59,194 bases of DNA, taken from the NCBI GenBank assembly GCA_019358935.1, contig JAHHIK010000047.1:1-59194 (forward strand). Direction: 5' to 3'. The position numbers were made by a program, and so were the translations under genes. The notes under the pieces are model-generated. The model was not told the DNA's origin. It ran no database searches and saw nothing but the letters and a program-made list of their open reading frames with translations. This stretch comes from Tolypothrix carrinoi HA7290-LM1. Its GTDB lineage: Bacteria; Cyanobacteriota; Cyanobacteriia; Cyanobacteriales; Nostocaceae. This document shows positions 39,742-50,468 of the stretch, piece after piece (the stretch's first letter is position 1; each line of letters starts with the position of its first letter).

Positions 39742-39788
39742 ACCTAGATATGGTGCGTTAGTGCGTTAACGCACCCTACTGATTAGTT

Positions 39789-40472
39789 TTAGGCTTGCGC
39801 GATCGCACTCACATCCTCATCAATCAACGAATTTAGCAAAGTCCACAGTTGCAAGTCTGCAAAATCAGAAATCGCCATAAATGCACCAATTTCTTGCAAT
39901 ACTTGCGCGTCGTGGGTCGAGGTGATACCGATGGTGCGTAAACCTGCACCAACAGCAGAACGAATACCTGAGGGAGAATCTTCGAGTGCGATCGCATCCG
40001 TTGCTTGTATCCCCAAATTATTCATTGCAACTAGATAAGGTGCAGGATCTGGTTTACCTGTTATATCTTCTCCTGCAATCACCACTGTATGAAAAGCTTC
40101 TTTAATTCCTAAAACTTCTAGTATAAATTGTACATTTAATCTAGGGGCATTAGTTACTAAAGCTCGTTTTAATTGATGTGTCTTTGTCCATTCTATAAGT
40201 TGAGAAAATCCGGCTAGCGGTTGCAAATCTGCGGCAAATTCGCGAAAAAGCGCTTCTTTTTCTTCGGCAAGTTTTACCCCCTCTTCTAGTAATAATTGTG
40301 GCAGGATGTCTTTGATAATTGCTGGGTTAAGCCGTCCACTAATTATTGATTTGTAGAAGTTTTCGTCAATTTCCATGCTGTAATTTTTAAGCATTTCCCG
40401 CCACGCTATGTAGTGGATAGGGTCAGTATTAACAATAGTTCCGTCTAGGTCAAAGAGAATTGCAGTCAGCAT
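39789..40472 (-). CDS. HAD-IA family hydrolase
   Basis: FDLDGT, KPDPAPY, EDSPSG. Confidence 0.92.
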   Translation of the reverse strand: MLTAILFDLDGTIVNTDPIHYIAWREMLKNYSMEIDENFYKSIISGRLNPAIIKDILPQLLLEEGVKLAEEKEALFREFAADLQPLAGFSQLIEWTKTHQLKRALVTNAPRLNVQFILEVLGIKEAFHTVVIAGEDITGKPDPAPYLVAMNNLGIQATDAIALEDSPSGIRSAVGAGLRTIGITSTHDAQVLQEIGAFMAISDFADLQLWTLLNSLIDEDVSAIAQA

Positions 40473-40710
40473 GGTGTTTTGCTTTAATGTAAAATATTGT
40501 AAAGTTGATGTAGATAGTTTACATTGTTGTTTTGTTCTTGTTAATCAGGAAAAAGAAATATGATTAATATCATGTCCGATAAATCATATATATTGTAGAG
40601 ACGTTCCAGTATATTGTAGAGACGTTCGGTGCGGAACGTCTCTACGGCGATTGCGGTGTTTTTATTACTGTCTTAATTCTGACAATTTTGACCAAATTCC
40701 TTGTAATCGA

Positions 40711-41502
40711 ATGTTATCCGCTACAAAATTTTTTCGCGTCGATGATCTGACGGTGCAGATTTACAATTCTGAAACCGAAATGGCGCAAGATGCAGCAGAA
40801 ATCGCCCAAAAGTATTTACAAGACATTTTGACTTCAAGAGATTCTGCGACTATATTATTAGCGACTGGTAATTCTCAACTGAAATTTTTGGATGCTTTGA
40901 TAAAGTTAGGTGGTGTAGATTGGTCGCGAGTGACGATGTTTCATCTAGATGAATATTTAGGAATTGCTGCTGACCATGTTGCGAGTTTTCGGCGCTATTT
41001 GCAAGAGCGTGTCCAGAAACAAGTACAGCCTAAGCAATTTCATTATATAGAAGGTGATGCATTACAACCTTTGGCAGAGTGCGATCGCTATACCAATTTA
41101 CTCAAAGCACAACCAATTGATTTATGCTGTCTCGGTATTGGCGAAAACGGACACATCGCTTTTAACGATCCGTCTGTAGCAAATTTCCACGATTCATATA
41201 GCGTGAAATTGGTAAAACTCGATATAGTCAACCGTCAGCAACAAGTCAACACTGGTTATTTTCCTCATCTGGAAAACGTACCCCAGTACGCTTTTACCCT
41301 CACCATCCCGATGATTTGCTCTGCTAAAAAAATTATCTGCCTTGCACCTGAAAAACGTAAAGCTCAGGTAGTAAAGCAGATGTTGCAGGGGTCAATTAAC
41401 ATTAACTGTCCCGCTTCTATATTACGTCAACAACCGCAGGCGACGTTATTTTTAGATGTGAATTCTGGTTCAGCATTTTTAGAGTCAGAAGTCACAAGCT
41501 AG
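40711..41502 (+). CDS. nagB: Glucosamine-6-phosphate deaminase
   Basis: LATGNSQ, FHLDEY, GIGENGHIAFNDP. Confidence 0.88.
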   Translation: MLSATKFFRVDDLTVQIYNSETEMAQDAAEIAQKYLQDILTSRDSATILLATGNSQLKFLDALIKLGGVDWSRVTMFHLDEYLGIAADHVASFRRYLQERVQKQVQPKQFHYIEGDALQPLAECDRYTNLLKAQPIDLCCLGIGENGHIAFNDPSVANFHDSYSVKLVKLDIVNRQQQVNTGYFPHLENVPQYAFTLTIPMICSAKKIICLAPEKRKAQVVKQMLQGSININCPASILRQQPQATLFLDVNSGSAFLESEVTS

Positions 41503-41554
41503 AAGTTATAACTTCGACTTCTAACTTGTGAATTCTAATTAAAAGCCGACTAAA

Positions 41555-42562
41555 TTAATATTTTGAGCGAGAACTTGTGACTTCATTAGGATCGCGGTAA
41601 ACTTTAGGTTCTTCGCGTTTGCGAACCAAACCTGCTAAACCAGCAAGACCAAGCAATCCTAGCCAACCCCAATTAGAATGGCGATCGCGTCTTACTTGAG
41701 TGGAAGTCGTGGTAGTAGTATTTGTACCAGTACCCGTTGTGCCACTGCCTGTAGTGTCGGTTGTACCAGTACCCGTTGTGCCCGTTGTACCACTGCCCGT
41801 GGTGTCGGTTGTACCAGTACCTGTTGTGCCTGTACCCGTGCTATCTGTTCCCGTAGTGCCTGTACCCGTGGTATCTGTACCCGTAGTGCCAGTTGTGCCT
41901 GTACCCGGAATGCCACCTGTACCAGTGCCTGTTGTATCAGTGCCAGTACCTGTTGTGCCGGTGCCTGTTGTACCAGTGCCAGTGCCTGTTGTGCCGGTGC
42001 CTGTTGTGCCGGTGCCTGTTGTACCAGTGCCTGTTCCATAAGTACCTGTACCAGTGCCTGTTGTACCAGTGCCTGTTCCATAAGTACCTGTACCAGTACC
42101 TGTAGTGCCAGTATCGGTTGTACCTGTGCCTGTACCAGTACCGATTGTACCTGTGCCAGTTCCATAAGTACCAGTGCCTGTACCAGTACCTGTTGTACCT
42201 GTGCCAGTTCCATAAGTACCAGTGCCAGTACCGTTTGTACCTGTGCCAGTTCCATAAGTGCCTGTACCAGTACCGGTTGTACCTGTGCCAGTTCCATAAG
42301 TACCAGTGCCAGTACCGGTTGTACCTGTGCCAGTTCCTGTTGTACCAGTACCAGTACCTGTTGTACCTGTGCCAGTTCCTGTTGTACCAGTACCAGTACC
42401 TGTTGTACCAGTACCAGTACTTGTTGTACCTGTTGTACCAGTGCCACTACCGCTACCTGAACTGCCAGTTTGAGCAGAAACAGACGGAGGTAAAGATATA
42501 GAAGCTAAACTGACGGCAAAGACACTAGCCAAAACGGTTTTAGATAAGTCAAAAGGCTTCAT
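41555..42562 (-). CDS. Secreted Gly/Thr-repeat protein with C-terminal WGxxGxxG motif
   Basis: Signal peptide, about 250 aa of GTGT(T/Y) repeats, NWGWLGLLGLAGLAGLVRKR. Confidence 0.9.
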   Translation of the reverse strand: MKPFDLSKTVLASVFAVSLASISLPPSVSAQTGSSGSGSGTGTTGTTSTGTGTTGTGTGTTGTGTGTTGTGTGTTGTGTGTTGTGTGTYGTGTGTTGTGTGTYGTGTGTNGTGTGTYGTGTGTTGTGTGTGTYGTGTGTIGTGTGTGTTDTGTTGTGTGTYGTGTGTTGTGTGTYGTGTGTTGTGTTGTGTTGTGTGTTGTGTTGTGTDTTGTGTGGIPGTGTTGTTGTDTTGTGTTGTDSTGTGTTGTGTTDTTGSGTTGTTGTGTTDTTGSGTTGTGTNTTTTTSTQVRRDRHSNWGWLGLLGLAGLAGLVRKREEPKVYRDPNEVTSSRSKY

Positions 42563-42826
42563 GTTTATTTTTCCTTTAAAGTTTTGGATTTCTTGAGATT
42601 ATTGATTGGAGAAAACGGCGATATCAATTTAATCAGCTTTATTAAATATTATGAACTTATGCGAAGTTCGGCATCTTACTTAAGTTATGCAAAAGAAAGT
42701 TTTAAAATATTTTCAGAAATAAAATTGAAAATTTGCCTAGATATTGTATAGGCATTGAAACAATTAAACAAAATTCTTTCTTTGTGCATAAATATTAGCT
42801 AGCGATCGCGCTCTGGTCAACAAGAA

Positions 42827-43001
42827 GGGTGTGGGGTTGCATGGTTAGGGTGTAGGGGAGAAGACGGCGCCCTTCGGGGCTTGAAACCCCGACCAATGCA
42901 ATCGTCCTAAAGAAAAGGATTGTGACCCACTGGTCGTTGGGGCTATTTCTTTCCCCACACCCCACACCCCACACCCCACACCCCGCCCCAACGGGGCTTG
43001 G
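42827..43001. repeat. Structured MITE-like element with (CCCCACA)n tract
   Basis: GGGTGTGGGG arm opposite CCCCACACCC arm; nested stems CCCCGACCA...TGGTCGTTGGGG. Confidence 0.65.
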
Positions 43002-43247
43002 TCACTTGCTGCAACCATCTGATGGTTGATATTTGATATTGTTTCGAGAACTGACTGCAAGTTGAAAACCAGACAAGCAAGCTTCAAGCTCAGGACACTC
43101 TTCACACTTAAGTTCTTTTCCTGGATTCTTACAGCCACAGGGAGGATTTATGAAACATTCAGAAGGATTTTTAGGTTTAAATGATTTTTGGAAGATAAAC
43201 TGTAAAGCCGCTTCTTGTAAACAAAAAATAATGTCTCGCGTCATCAT
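43002..43247 (-). CDS. Small Cys-containing hypothetical protein
   Basis: AGGAG RBS; CGC...CEECPELEAC motif. Confidence 0.6.
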   Translation of the reverse strand: MMTRDIIFCLQEAALQFIFQKSFKPKNPSECFINPPCGCKNPGKELKCEECPELEACLSGFQLAVSSRNNIKYQPSDGCSK

Positions 43248-43491
43248 AAAATTTCTCCTTTGAATATATTAATAATTTAGAAGAAACTAGGTATATATAG
43301 TGGTAGATGCTTTAATTCATTCAAGCGAATAAAACTTGTAAGCTAGCAGTGAATTACATCGAATTGCAAGGTGCGTTGGAACTTGTTCCGTAACGCACCG
43401 CAATTTATTTGTATAAGTAATCTAATCTCTGTCAGGCAATAACAACATATTGCACCAGCCAAGAAATCTAGCTTATAAAAAGGTACAAACG

Positions 43492-43689
43492 TTAATTAGC
43501 CGCACTGGGAGTCCATGCCGAAATTATGTCTTCTATGACAAGTTCTCTTTTTTGAGAATTTGCATTTTCAGCTACTAGGACTTGAAGCGTAGTTGTATAG
43601 ACGTTATCAATTAATTGGTGTCCATAACCGATCACTTTGCCCAGATATCCATTTTGTTGATTTAGGACGTAATCTCCAATGTTAAACAT
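43492..43689 (-). CDS. Small hypothetical protein (possibly SH3/KOW-like)
   Basis: GGAG RBS then MFNIGDYV...GKVIGYGH. Confidence 0.65.
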   Translation of the reverse strand: MFNIGDYVLNQQNGYLGKVIGYGHQLIDNVYTTTLQVLVAENANSQKRELVIEDIISAWTPSAAN

Positions 43690-43975
43690 AATTGTCTCCC
43701 AACCAAAGAGAATTTGTTGATGTTTATACATTCTCTATGGCTTTGCAAATTACAACTTCATACTAAAAGCATGTCTTATATCAAACTTAAGGAGTATTTT
43801 TATATTTATTTTTATTATAAATATTTTTTAATTAAAAGTATTTTCTTATACAAATCTTGTTTACAAAACACGCACCTCTGCCTATGGGAAGATATTTTAA
43901 ACACGAGAGAAATAGAAAACTGTTACCTTTGTTGTCTAGAACCTATTTCCACTGCGATTAACTGATAACTGTAAT

Positions 43976-44416
43976 TTAACCACAATCATCCTCGCGCTGA
44001 TTACCGTTTTTATCGCGTTTGAGACTTTCTTCTAGAGCTTGAATTTGCTCTCTCCGCGCTTCTAACTCTAGGGAACGACGCGCTAGTTCTTGGTTTTGTA
44101 AAGTTAAAGATTGACGCCACTGTTCTGCTCTTTCGGCTTCTTGATGCAAAAATTCCGGAGTGATGCCAGTGGTGAGGTAGGTTTGTACCAGATCCATTAC
44201 CCAATTGGTGGCATCTTCGAGTCTTTCGATGTCTCCTGTGGAGGAAAGCTCAACTAAAACGAGCAATTTCTCAGTTATAGAGCTGCCTTTTCCCAGGAGA
44301 ATGAAAGCTTCTTCTGGGATTATCGCCCAGAAGCTGTCAGCTTCCTGACGTGCCAACAAACGCAACTGGTGCTGATCGAGAAATTTGTTTTTATGCACCT
44401 GAGCTAGATAGAGCAT
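43976..44416 (-). CDS. Conserved-looking cyanobacterial hypothetical protein with coiled-coil C-terminus
   Basis: MLYLAQV..., EQWRQSLTLQNQELARR. Confidence 0.8.
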   Translation of the reverse strand: MLYLAQVHKNKFLDQHQLRLLARQEADSFWAIIPEEAFILLGKGSSITEKLLVLVELSSTGDIERLEDATNWVMDLVQTYLTTGITPEFLHQEAERAEQWRQSLTLQNQELARRSLELEARREQIQALEESLKRDKNGNQREDDCG

Positions 44417-44534
44417 GATGGTAAAAGTTAAAAGTTAAGAGTGAGGAGTGAGGAGTTTTAAGTTTTGAGTTTTGAATTAAAAACAAAATTCAACTCATAA
44501 CTCATAACTCATAACTCCTAACTCTCACTTTTAG

Positions 44535-47500
44535 TTATGCTAAACCACGCAGGCGATCGCGCAAAATTTCTGCTTGTTTTTCAGCTTCTGCTAAAGCATC
44601 CCGCGTTGCTTGCACTACCTCAGCTGCGGCTTTATCCACAAATTTGGGATTATTTAACCGGGTAGTGAGTGAGTTAATTTCCCCTTCTATTTTGCTGAGG
44701 CGTTTTTGTATTTTGCCACTTAATGCCTCTATATCTACCACACCCGTTAAAGGAAGTAGCACTTGTACTGTACCAACAACACCAGCGATCGCTTCAGTAG
44801 TCTCTTGTGGCTGTGGTGATTCTATCACCCGCATATTAGTATCAGTAGTGGGCTTGAACCACGCACCCCATAACTTTTGTCTAGCCTTAGCCATCACTAA
44901 ATTTTGGCTGACAAACCAAGTTGTGTAAACAAGACCAACCATTTGAAAGAAAGTTCCTAATAAAGGAATGTCGTTAATTTCATCCGCAACAACGAAAGCC
45001 AACCGAGTAAAAACAAGCACCACAATAATCAAACCAATTGTCTTCAAACCTCTCAGAGGGTTTTTCGCAACTACGGTTTGTTGATGTTCGCCGGCTATAG
45101 TTAAAGTCTCAACCTTTGCCAAATCTTTAATATAAGACTGTCCTGCGGTAAGAATTTGCCGTTCTTTTGCGCTGTCGCTTTGCAAATTCACCGTTACCTT
45201 TACCCCTGGCTTCACATCCGCTTCCGCTCGCAAATTCCGAATTGTGCGAATAGTACCAATCAGCAATTCAAATTGTTCTTCCAGATTGGGATCGATTAAA
45301 TTTGTCTCCACCTCTGGATAGCTTTGTAAAGATATCGTTTGCGGTGAATCTTCTGGTTGTTGGGTGAGAGTTTGCCAAATTTCTTCAGTGATGTGAGGCA
45401 TTAAAGGATGAAGTAGTTTTAAAATGCCTTCCAACACATAAGCTAAAGTTTGTTGTGCGACTTTACGCGATGCCGGATCTGCATCTTTTTGCAAGCGAGA
45501 TTTCACCAATTCAATATACTGGTCGCATAAATCACCCCAGATAAATTCGTAAAGTCCTTTTGCTGCTTCACCTAGTCCGTAGTTGTCGATGTGGTTCCGC
45601 GTTTGTTTGATTACTTGGTTGTACCGGGAGAGAATCCAGCGATCGCTTAATTCTATAGATTCTGGTTTACCCAATTGTTGGGGAGTTTGTTCATCCAAAT
45701 TCATCATCACAAATCGCGCTGCATTCCACAACTTGTTAGCAAAGTTGCGAGACGCTTGCACCGATGCTGATTCATCTTTTTCCCGATTGTACTCCAAGCG
45801 GATATCTTGACCTGCACCCGCTACTTCCTTAATCATTGCGTAGCGTAGGGCATCAGTACCATATTTGTCAATTAGCAACAGCGGATCGATGCCATTACCT
45901 TTACTCTTAGACTGCTTCTGCCCATTTTCATCTAATACTAACCCGTGGATGTAAACATCTTTAAATGGCATTTGCCCCGTAAAGTACCCACCCATCATTG
46001 TCATTCTGGCTACCCAGAAAAAGATGATATCAAAACCAGTTACCAAGGTGCTGGTAGGGTAATAAGTCGCTAAATCCTGAGTTTGTTCGGGCCATCCCAA
46101 AGTCGAAAAGGGCCACAATCCCGCAGAAAACCAGGTATCCAACACATCTGGGTCTTGTTGAAGCTTGACATTTTCTCCAAATTGTGATTTAGCTTTATCC
46201 CAAGCTTCGGCTTCTGATTTCGCCACTACAAACGGCGTATTGTCCTTGATTTCGCCGCCGGTTTCACTCACAGCATACCAAGCGGGGATTTGGTGTCCCC
46301 ACCATAATTGGCGAGAAATACACCAATCTTTCAACTTCACCAACCAATCACGATAAACCTTAGTCCAGCGTTGGGGGACAAACTCCGGGGAGTCTTTATC
46401 GTCGAGAAATTCCAGCGCTTGATCTGCGAGGGGGCGAATTTTGACAAACCACTGAGTAGAGAGGAGAGGTTCAATGGGGACTTTTCCGCGATCGCTATAA
46501 GGAACGCTATGTTTATAATCCTCCACCTTGACCAAAAAGCCGTCTGTTTCCAAGCGAGAAACCACATTTTTTCTTGCCTCAAAGCGGTCTTGTCCTTGGA
46601 ACTCTCCAGCATTTTCGTTGAGAGTGCCGTTTTTATTCATAATATTGATCAACGGCAGATTGTGACGCTTACCCATTTCAAAATCATTCAGGTCATGTGC
46701 GGGAGTCACCTTTACGCAACCGGTGCCGAAAGTCGGGTCAACAAACTCATCGCCAACAATCGGAATTTCTCGCTTCATAATTGGCAGCGTGACAGTTTTG
46801 CCAATTAAATGCTTATATCTCTCATCATTAGGATTAACCGCCACAGCCGTATCACCCAGCATCGTTTCTGGTCGCGTCGTTGCCACCTCCACATCACCAG
46901 AATTATCCGTTAGCGGATAGCGGAAGTGCCAAAGATGACCATTAACCTCTTGATTTTCCACCTCGACATCAGACACCGCCGATTGAGAAGCCGGACACCA
47001 GTTTACCAAATACTCACCCCGATAAATCAGCTTTTCTTCGTAGAGGCGAACAAAAGCTTCTAAAACAGCTTTCGATAAACCCTCATCGAGAGTGAAGCGT
47101 TCCCGCGACCAGTCAACCGAGACACCCAAGCGTCGCAACTGATTAACAATCGCCCCCCCAGACTCCCCCTTCCATTGCCAAGCGCGTTCCAGAAACTTCT
47201 CACGTCCTAAATCGTAGCGAGTTTTACCCTCAGCCTTAAGTTGATTTTCCAGAATTGTTTGCACGGCGATACTGGCATGGTCGGTTCCGGGTAGCCATAA
47301 AGTGTTGTATCCCTTCATGCGGTGGTAGCGCACTAAAGTATCAATTAGCGCACTTTCAAAAGCGTGACCCATGTGTAAGCTGCCGGTGACATTCGGCGGG
47401 GGAATCACGATGCAGTAGGGTTCGCCACCTTTGTTGGGGTCAGCTTTGTAGATTTGGTTTTCTTCCCAAAACTTTTGCCATTTGGCTTCGGTGGAGAAGG

Positions 47501-47540
47501 GGTCGTAGAGACTGGGGAGATTTGAATTTGTTGCGGTCAT
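44535..47540 (-). CDS. valS: Valine--tRNA ligase with inserted CAAD membrane-anchor domain
   Basis: [36 protein letters not shown]; hydrophobic insert at about 44865-45065. Confidence 0.97.
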   Translation of the reverse strand: MTATNSNLPSLYDPFSTEAKWQKFWEENQIYKADPNKGGEPYCIVIPPPNVTGSLHMGHAFESALIDTLVRYHRMKGYNTLWLPGTDHASIAVQTILENQLKAEGKTRYDLGREKFLERAWQWKGESGGAIVNQLRRLGVSVDWSRERFTLDEGLSKAVLEAFVRLYEEKLIYRGEYLVNWCPASQSAVSDVEVENQEVNGHLWHFRYPLTDNSGDVEVATTRPETMLGDTAVAVNPNDERYKHLIGKTVTLPIMKREIPIVGDEFVDPTFGTGCVKVTPAHDLNDFEMGKRHNLPLINIMNKNGTLNENAGEFQGQDRFEARKNVVSRLETDGFLVKVEDYKHSVPYSDRGKVPIEPLLSTQWFVKIRPLADQALEFLDDKDSPEFVPQRWTKVYRDWLVKLKDWCISRQLWWGHQIPAWYAVSETGGEIKDNTPFVVAKSEAEAWDKAKSQFGENVKLQQDPDVLDTWFSAGLWPFSTLGWPEQTQDLATYYPTSTLVTGFDIIFFWVARMTMMGGYFTGQMPFKDVYIHGLVLDENGQKQSKSKGNGIDPLLLIDKYGTDALRYAMIKEVAGAGQDIRLEYNREKDESASVQASRNFANKLWNAARFVMMNLDEQTPQQLGKPESIELSDRWILSRYNQVIKQTRNHIDNYGLGEAAKGLYEFIWGDLCDQYIELVKSRLQKDADPASRKVAQQTLAYVLEGILKLLHPLMPHITEEIWQTLTQQPEDSPQTISLQSYPEVETNLIDPNLEEQFELLIGTIRTIRNLRAEADVKPGVKVTVNLQSDSAKERQILTAGQSYIKDLAKVETLTIAGEHQQTVVAKNPLRGLKTIGLIIVVLVFTRLAFVVADEINDIPLLGTFFQMVGLVYTTWFVSQNLVMAKARQKLWGAWFKPTTDTNMRVIESPQPQETTEAIAGVVGTVQVLLPLTGVVDIEALSGKIQKRLSKIEGEINSLTTRLNNPKFVDKAAAEVVQATRDALAEAEKQAEILRDRLRGLA

Positions 47541-47602
47541 GCTGGGAAAACTAAGGAAGATGGACTTTAATAAATTTTGCCATAGGGTTGGAGGAGGAGT
47601 TT

Positions 47603-48043
47603 ATGGAAACGAACCGCGAAGGCACGAAGTACACGAAGGAAGAAGAAAGAAGGATGAGACAGCTAGGTGATGAGGTGGAGCAGTTAGCGTATGCTGTGAT
47701 TGGTGCAGCGATTGAGGTACATCGGCTGTTGGGACCTGGGTTTTTGGAGGAGGTGTATCATAAGGCGCTGAAGGTGGAATTTGAGATGCGGGGAATACCT
47801 CATAAATTTAAACATCCAGTAGCAGTAACTTACAAAGGACATCCGATTGGGGAGGGACAATTGGATTTTCTCGTTAGCGATGTTTTAATAATTGAATTGA
47901 AAGCCGTTCAAAACCTAGCCCCCATCCACGAATCCCAAGTAATGTCCTACCTGAAAATGACCAAACACCCCCTTGCCCTCCTCATCAACTTCAACGTCCC
48001 CATCCTCAAACAAGGCATCAAACGCATTATCCTCTCTTCTTAA
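47603..48043 (+). CDS. GxxExxY protein (PD-(D/E)XK-like); alternative start at ATG 47654
   Basis: VHRLLGPGFLEEVY, LDFLV, IIELKAV, LINF. Confidence 0.92.
   Translation: METNREGTKYTKEEERRMRQLGDEVEQLAYAVIGAAIEVHRLLGPGFLEEVYHKALKVEFEMRGIPHKFKHPVAVTYKGHPIGEGQLDFLVSDVLIIELKAVQNLAPIHESQVMSYLKMTKHPLALLINFNVPILKQGIKRIILSS
47605..47652 (+). repeat. Left repeat flanking the GxxExxY gene
   Basis: GAAACGAACCGC-GAAGGCAC-GAAGTACAC-GAAG plus purine tail. Confidence 0.7.
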
Positions 48044-48086
48044 CTCTCTCTCTCTGCGCCCTCTGCGTCTCTGCGGTTCGTTTCAT
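48044..48086 (-). repeat. Right (inverted) repeat flanking the GxxExxY gene
   Basis: Reverse complement GAAACGAACCGC-AGAGACGC-AGAGGGCGC-AGAG plus purine tail. Confidence 0.75.
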
Positions 48087-49335
48087 GAAAACTCCCACAA
48101 CCTCACATTCCCCTTGGACATTCATCCCCACCCTATACTTCGCCTCCGGCATACCCTACATCATTATCAACAACGTTTCTGTAATTTTCTACAAAAAACT
48201 AGAAATAGACAACACCCAAATCGCCTTATGGACAAGCTTTCTTAACCTCCCTTGGGTTCTCAAAATGTTTTGGGGACCAATTGTAGACATCAACTCCACC
48301 AAAAGAACATGGATACTTACCACCCAATTCGCCATGTTCTGTTGCTTAACTTTAATAGCCCTTTCCCTACAACTGCCCAATTTCTTCTTCATATCCCTAG
48401 CAGCATTAGCAATAGGAGCATTTATTTCCGCCACTTATGACATTGCCACAGACGGCTTTTATATGTTGGCTTTAAATAAAGAACAGCAAGCCTTTTTTGT
48501 CGGCATTCGTTCCCTGGCTTATAGACTGGCAATGTTTTTCGGTTTAGGCTTTTTAGTAGTTTTAGCAGGTAAATTAGAAAAGCATCTCCAAAATATTCCC
48601 TTAAGCTGGACTATAGTTATTGCCTTTTCAGCTTTTATTTTAGCGATAATTTTTATTGTTCATCGCCTCACTTTACCCTTCCCAGAAAATCAACAAAATT
48701 CCGAAACCACAAATAATATTTATTTTAAGCATGTCATCGCCTCATATTTTCAGCAAGAAAAAATCGGTGTAATTATAGCCTTTATCTTACTTTATAGATT
48801 AGGTGAAGCAATGCTGCTGAAGTTAGCAAATTTATTCTTTTTAGATAAACCAGAAATAGGCGGTTTAGGATTATCTACAGAAGATGTGGGTCTAGCCTAC
48901 GGAACATTTGGCTTGATTTCCCTAATTTGCGGCGGAATTTTCGGTGGATTGTTAATTTCTAGATTTGGCTTAAAAAAGTGCCTTTTGCCGATGGCTTTAG
49001 CATTAAACTTACCTGATATCTTTTATGTATATATGGCTTATGCTAAACCACCATTAGCATTAGTTTATCCCCTAGTTTCTTTAGAACAATTTGGATATGG
49101 TTTAGGATTCACTGCTTTTAGTGTTTATTTGATGTACATTTGTCAAGGCGAATATAAAACTTCTCATTTTGCTATATCTACAGGCATCATGGCTTTAGGT
49201 TTGATGCTTCCGGGAGCGATTAGCGGTTATATTCAACAACCAGTTGGATATTTATTATCTTTTGTATTGGTCTGTTTACTTACCATTCCGGGAATGATAA
49301 CTTTATTTTTTATTCCTTTGAATGAAGACGATTAG
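48085..49335 (+). CDS. AmpG-like MFS permease
   Basis: PWVLKMFWGPIVD, SATYDIATDGFY, LLYRLGEA. Confidence 0.85.
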   Translation: MKTPTTSHSPWTFIPTLYFASGIPYIIINNVSVIFYKKLEIDNTQIALWTSFLNLPWVLKMFWGPIVDINSTKRTWILTTQFAMFCCLTLIALSLQLPNFFFISLAALAIGAFISATYDIATDGFYMLALNKEQQAFFVGIRSLAYRLAMFFGLGFLVVLAGKLEKHLQNIPLSWTIVIAFSAFILAIIFIVHRLTLPFPENQQNSETTNNIYFKHVIASYFQQEKIGVIIAFILLYRLGEAMLLKLANLFFLDKPEIGGLGLSTEDVGLAYGTFGLISLICGGIFGGLLISRFGLKKCLLPMALALNLPDIFYVYMAYAKPPLALVYPLVSLEQFGYGLGFTAFSVYLMYICQGEYKTSHFAISTGIMALGLMLPGAISGYIQQPVGYLLSFVLVCLLTIPGMITLFFIPLNEDD

Positions 49336-49376
49336 CATTTAGTAAAGCACATATATTGGTTTGAATCCAAAATACT

Positions 49377-50345
49377 ATGGGCTATGTTTTAGGTATTGAT
49401 GGTGGTGGAAGCAAGACAGTTTGCGTTTTAATGCAAGATACAGGTGAAGTGCTAGGTCGCGGTGAAGCCGGCTCGTCTAACTATCAAACTATAGGCATTA
49501 AAGCAACGCTACAATCACTTGAATCGGCAATTGATGCAGCGATAAATGAAGCTTACCGCTCTATAAATTATATCAATATTAAAGCAATTTGTCTAGGTTT
49601 AGCAGGTGTTGGACGTGCAACGGACATCGAGATAGTTAAAGCTTTGGTGCAAGATTTACAAAAGAGTAAATTACTACCTATAACTTGGGCTTTACAAGCA
49701 TCTAATATTGTAATTTATCACGATGCTTTGATTGCTTTAGTCGGGGGAATTGGTGATGATGTGGGAATTGTGGTTGCAGCCGGCACGGGTTCGATAGTTT
49801 TTGGGCGAAATCATCAGGGAAAGACGAAGCGAGTAGGTGGCTGGGGTTACATTTTAGGAGATGAAGGTAGCGCTTATAAAATTGCTGTGGCTGGTATGCA
49901 AGCTGCATTCAAGGCTTATGATGGACGTGAGATGTCAACAAGTCTTGTAGAGGCTTTCAAACAACATCTTAATTTGGCAAGTATAGAAGATTTAATAGAA
50001 GTAATATATCGGCGAGGATGGGGTGTTAAAGAAATAGCTGCTTTAGCGCCAATTGTTGATTTGACAGCAGCATCAGGAGATGAGGTAGCGAATAATATTA
50101 TTGAGTCAGCTGTGCAAGATTTGGTGAAAGCTACTTATACAGTTATTGATGCAATTTTTATTTCATCAGCTTTTGAGATAGTCACAACGGGAAGTGTATG
50201 GCAAGGTAGATGCAAGATTCATAAGAGGTTTGCAGCGTGTATTGTCGCGAAGTTTCCTTCAGCAAAGGTGATTTTTCCTCGGAATGAACCTGCTTATGGT
50301 GCTGCTTTGTTGGCTTTGAAGAGTTTGGCAAGGGAAGGGGAATAA
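49377..50345 (+). CDS. BadF/BadG/BcrA/BcrD-type N-acetylglucosamine kinase
   Basis: GIDGGGSKT, AAGTGS, GGWGYILGDEGS. Confidence 0.9.
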   Translation: MGYVLGIDGGGSKTVCVLMQDTGEVLGRGEAGSSNYQTIGIKATLQSLESAIDAAINEAYRSINYINIKAICLGLAGVGRATDIEIVKALVQDLQKSKLLPITWALQASNIVIYHDALIALVGGIGDDVGIVVAAGTGSIVFGRNHQGKTKRVGGWGYILGDEGSAYKIAVAGMQAAFKAYDGREMSTSLVEAFKQHLNLASIEDLIEVIYRRGWGVKEIAALAPIVDLTAASGDEVANNIIESAVQDLVKATYTVIDAIFISSAFEIVTTGSVWQGRCKIHKRFAACIVAKFPSAKVIFPRNEPAYGAALLALKSLAREGE

Positions 50346-50468
50346 AAGAGCGATCGCCGCAGCGTACTTTATATTAGAAGCGATCGCTCTTTGTGCATAA
50401 TTACAGGTTCTCATCAAGGCGATCGCGCTTAAAAGCACTTTACAAGCATTGCAGTCATAGGGCACATC

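Noticed and set aside
41678..42501. Several overlapping Cys-, Val-Pro- or Gln-rich ORFs
   Set aside because: Shadow frames of the Gly/Thr repeat gene.
43714..43965. 83-aa ORF in very AT-rich DNA
   Set aside because: Promoter-like composition, overlaps a divergent upstream region, no motif or RBS.
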